Assembly (NCBI RefSeq): GCF_040938485.1
Contig: NW_027271450.1
Span: 992,001-1,056,000, forward strand
From: Diadema antillarum
Taxonomy: Eukaryota
Direction of reading: 5' to 3'
Length of the DNA: 64,000 bases
This document shows positions 61,226 to 64,000 of this stretch, in pieces. The notes under the pieces were generated by a model. The model was not told where the DNA came from. It saw only the letters and a list, made by a program, of their open reading frames with translations, and ran no database searches. Both the position numbers and the translations under genes were made by a program. Positions within the stretch are counted from its first letter, which is position 1. Each line of letters starts with the position of its first letter.

Positions 61226-61641
61226 AGATATAATTTCACTTCGTAAGGCCTCACTGTCATGAGACAACCCATTCTTCACGCATGTCTTGCTAGAAATGTA
61301 ATATGATAGCACATGCTCTCAGAGACTAATACTGAGTGCTACGTATAAGTAGTTTAAATTATCCTGTTATTTTGAAATATTTGAACACATGTTAAGTGCT
61401 TACATGTATTTGAAATTGAAAGTCTCTTGGAAAGATATAATTTCACTTCGTAAGGCCTCACTGTCATGAGACAACCCATACTTCATGCATGTCTTGCTAG
61501 AAATGTAATATGATAGCACATGTTCTCAGAGACTAATACTGAGCGCTACATATAAGTAGTTTAAATTATCCTGTTATTTTGAAATGTTTGAACACATGTT
61601 AAGTGCGTACATGTATTTGAAATTGAAAGTCTCTTGGAAAG
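61226..61641. repeat. Tandem duplication, 2 x 207 bp
   Basis: Copies start at 61226 and 61433; about 7 substitutions seen. Confidence 0.92.
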
Positions 61642-62020
61642 TAAGTATATTGCTTACATCTCATGGTCATTCAGCTGGAAGTTGAAAGCATACTAAGTTG
61701 TTGTGAGCATCACTTGAATAGCTTTGTCAAACATCCTTATATCCAGTCTTCTTCACACTTTTAAATGAAACATATCTCCACAACTTCAAATGAATGTAGA
61801 TAAAAGTGTAATTTTTTTTAAATTGCTTTTGTCAAATATCCTTATTTCCAATCTTTTTTACATTTTGGAATGAACCACATATCTTCACAACTTCAAAACA
61901 TTCAAATGAATGTAGATAAAAGATGCCATCTTTTAATTATGGAAGTGTATAACATACCTTTGGCATAGGTGTATAACTTACACATCATGGAATGTTTATG
62001 TCATATTTTGTGGGATGATA

Positions 62021-62707
62021 TGTGACCGTCCATCACAAAACCAACAAAAAGTCGCATGCACTGATTTTGTATTAGGACTGAAAATAGATGATATGGGCCA
62101 ATCCAGCCAATCGTATGTTTTTCATATTTTCTGAAAGAGCAAGTCCTCTTCTATATTATACTAAAGTTTAGGATCATAAAACGAAAAGGAAATTGTGTTT
62201 TTTAGCAGTTTTTTCTGGAACACTGTTTGGTAGAATAGTGTGATTAGGTGTTTCTCATAGAGTCATCTGTTCATTTCTTAAAAACCCTGTCCATACTTTT
62301 AACTTTCAACTCCAATAACTTTAGAAAGGACGATGCTTCTGCTTTGAAAGTTGGCATTGATCACCTACAGAATGTGTTAATAAAGCATGCGCAGCTTAAT
62401 CTGATAATCTCTTCATTGTTGTAGCTCCAGTGGTTAACATTCTGTTATTTGTTCCATTCATTGCACAGCTAGCACGGCTTGATAAAGATTGAGCGCTTGA
62501 ATAAACGCTATACTTCAGGAGCCCCTTTTTTCAGTTCACATTTTCCGGAGTGTGTGCTTTCATTCCAATATTAGGATAGGTTAGGAGAGACCATTTGAAT
62601 CAAGTTATACATCATTTTTCATCTTTAAGTTTGCTCTTTCAGAATCTGCTCTTAATTAAAAATCCATGTTTGGCAACTTTTTGTTGGTGTTGCGATGCAG
62701 GATCACA
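62021..62707. mobile_element. Unclassified TIR element (TGTGA...TCACA, AT-rich flanks)
   Basis: About 38-bp imperfect TIRs TGTGACCGTCCATCACAAAACCAACAAAAAGT vs the reverse complement of 62670-62707; ATA / TAT flanks. Confidence 0.6.
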
Positions 62708-63527
62708 TATATGGTAGGTGTTCATGTCAATCACAAAATTATGTCTTTTCTATGTAAGTATTGTAATAAGTGATCAAGATTCATATTGACTGTACGGTTG
62801 AACATGCATTTGTGCTTGTTACCAGACATTGTTGTAACGAACGTCTGCCTTTGTTGTATTTTTCAGGCTCTCCCAGGAGCAAAAGTGAGGCTGAGGCAGC
62901 AGGGTTGTGAGTACAAATTAATATTTACATGTAACGTCAAGAGTTCTGGTGAGTATCGACGAAAACTACTCCAAAAAGCCTGCACATGTCCTGATTTATT
63001 CCTACTTTTTTTCTTTAATGCCCTACTTTTTCCCTCTCCTGTCCTACTTTTTCCTACTTTTTTAGAGATTTTGTTCCTACTTTATTCCTACTTTTTTACA
63101 TTATCCTGCTTGAAAGCCTGCATTTTGAATGGAGGGATCATAGAAAGCACACAAGAGGCTTGTTGGAAATGATCCCCTACAAACAATTATCAATACATTT
63201 CAACTATTAAACAATTATCATACAAATTCATTTGATAAAACAAAGGTGGAAGATTCAATGAAAAGAGAAGGAAAGAGACAGAGGTGGAAACAATGCATAC
63301 TTATACTTATAGTTTCAAGTACATTTCATCAAAAATATATATTTTTTAAATTTTTTTGTTTATTTCTGCCGAGTGTCAAACACTCTGTGTCTTTTCCTCA
63401 TTACCACCTTATCTCACACTTATGTGAATTGGATAAAACAAGGAATTAGAAAGAGAGAGTGAGAGAAGTAGGGAGGTCAGTGTTTTGGAGATAAATGGAG
63501 CTGTGTGTGTATGTTGCTGAGTCAAGG

Positions 63528-64000
63528 TTTTTATGCCTCCACCACAAAGTGTCGCCGGAGGCATTATGTGTTCGGGTTGTCAGTCCATCCGTCCATTATC
63601 AATTTTGTGAACAGCGTAACTTAAGAACCGTTTGAGTTATCCAAATGAAACTTGGCATATGTATGTATGAGTGCACAAAGTACTGCCTATCAGTTGATTT
63701 TTTTTTGGTTGATGTTGTTGTTGTTGTGCACTCTCAAGGTCAGAGTCAAAGTTCAAGGTCAAATTCTTAGAATTTCACTATTTTTCCCATACAACAATGT
63801 ATCTCTGTAATGCCTGAAGGTATTTTCATGAAACTAAGCATATACATATACTACCATGCCAGCATTCTTTAAGCAAAGTTTTGCACCATGGAGTCAAAGT
63901 TCAAAGGTCAGAGATCAAGTCAAAATACTCAAATTCCTGAATACTTGCTCTTTGAAACAATTTAACCATCCAAATGAAATCTGGTTCAAGAAATGTATAA
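63528..64000. mobile_element. Helentron-associated (DINE-1-like) element, truncated by the window end
   Basis: TTTTTATGCCTCC...GGAGGCAT hairpin (63533-63564), short CCGT-type microsatellite, internal GGTCAAAG(G/T)TCA repeats. Confidence 0.7.

Noticed and set aside
62867-62910. Exon-like AG...GTGAGT segment (GSPRSKSEAEAAG) as the next eIF4B exon
   Set aside because: It lacks the conserved eIF4B motifs expected next and coincides with the degenerate left end of a MITE.
57138-63120. A single 6-kb transposon bounded by CAGGCTTTCAAG / CTTGAAAGCCTG
   Set aside because: Flanks (TATATTTT vs CATTTTGA) give no TSD; each end belongs to its own short CCTACTTTT-rich MITE (about 57138-57285 and 62864-63120).

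Overview
Repeat-rich animal genomic DNA with GT-AG spliced genes; the gene content and repeat families suggest a marine invertebrate deuterostome, most likely an echinoderm (inference). Three host genes can be assembled with consistent splice phases. (1) A minus-strand secreted PAN/apple-EGF-fibrinogen-related (FReD) gene, 5 coding exons, 29385->15699, 377 aa. (2) LZTFL1/BBS17, minus strand, 8 coding exons, 48845->36878, 302 aa. (3) eIF4B, plus strand, 8 coding exons from 49176, running off the right end; it sits head-to-head with LZTFL1, 330 bp between start codons. The last intron of the FReD gene holds a complete, very young BEL/Pao LTR retrotransposon in antisense orientation (16444-26128). 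It has 1763-bp LTRs differing at one base, a CCACG target-site duplication (TSD) and an intact 1902-aa Gag-Pol ORF. The rest is a compound satellite (0.5-3.3 kb), many non-autonomous DNA transposons (hAT-, Kolobok-, Harbinger-, piggyBac-, Helentron-type) and LINE relics. The most unusual signals are the very long LTR carrying splice and polyA signals, a 474-bp element whose interior is the complement of its own circle junction (tyrosine-recombinase-element-like), and a CR1-type LINE with an inverted segment. No prokaryotic system or CRISPR array is present. All calls are by eye; no database search was run.
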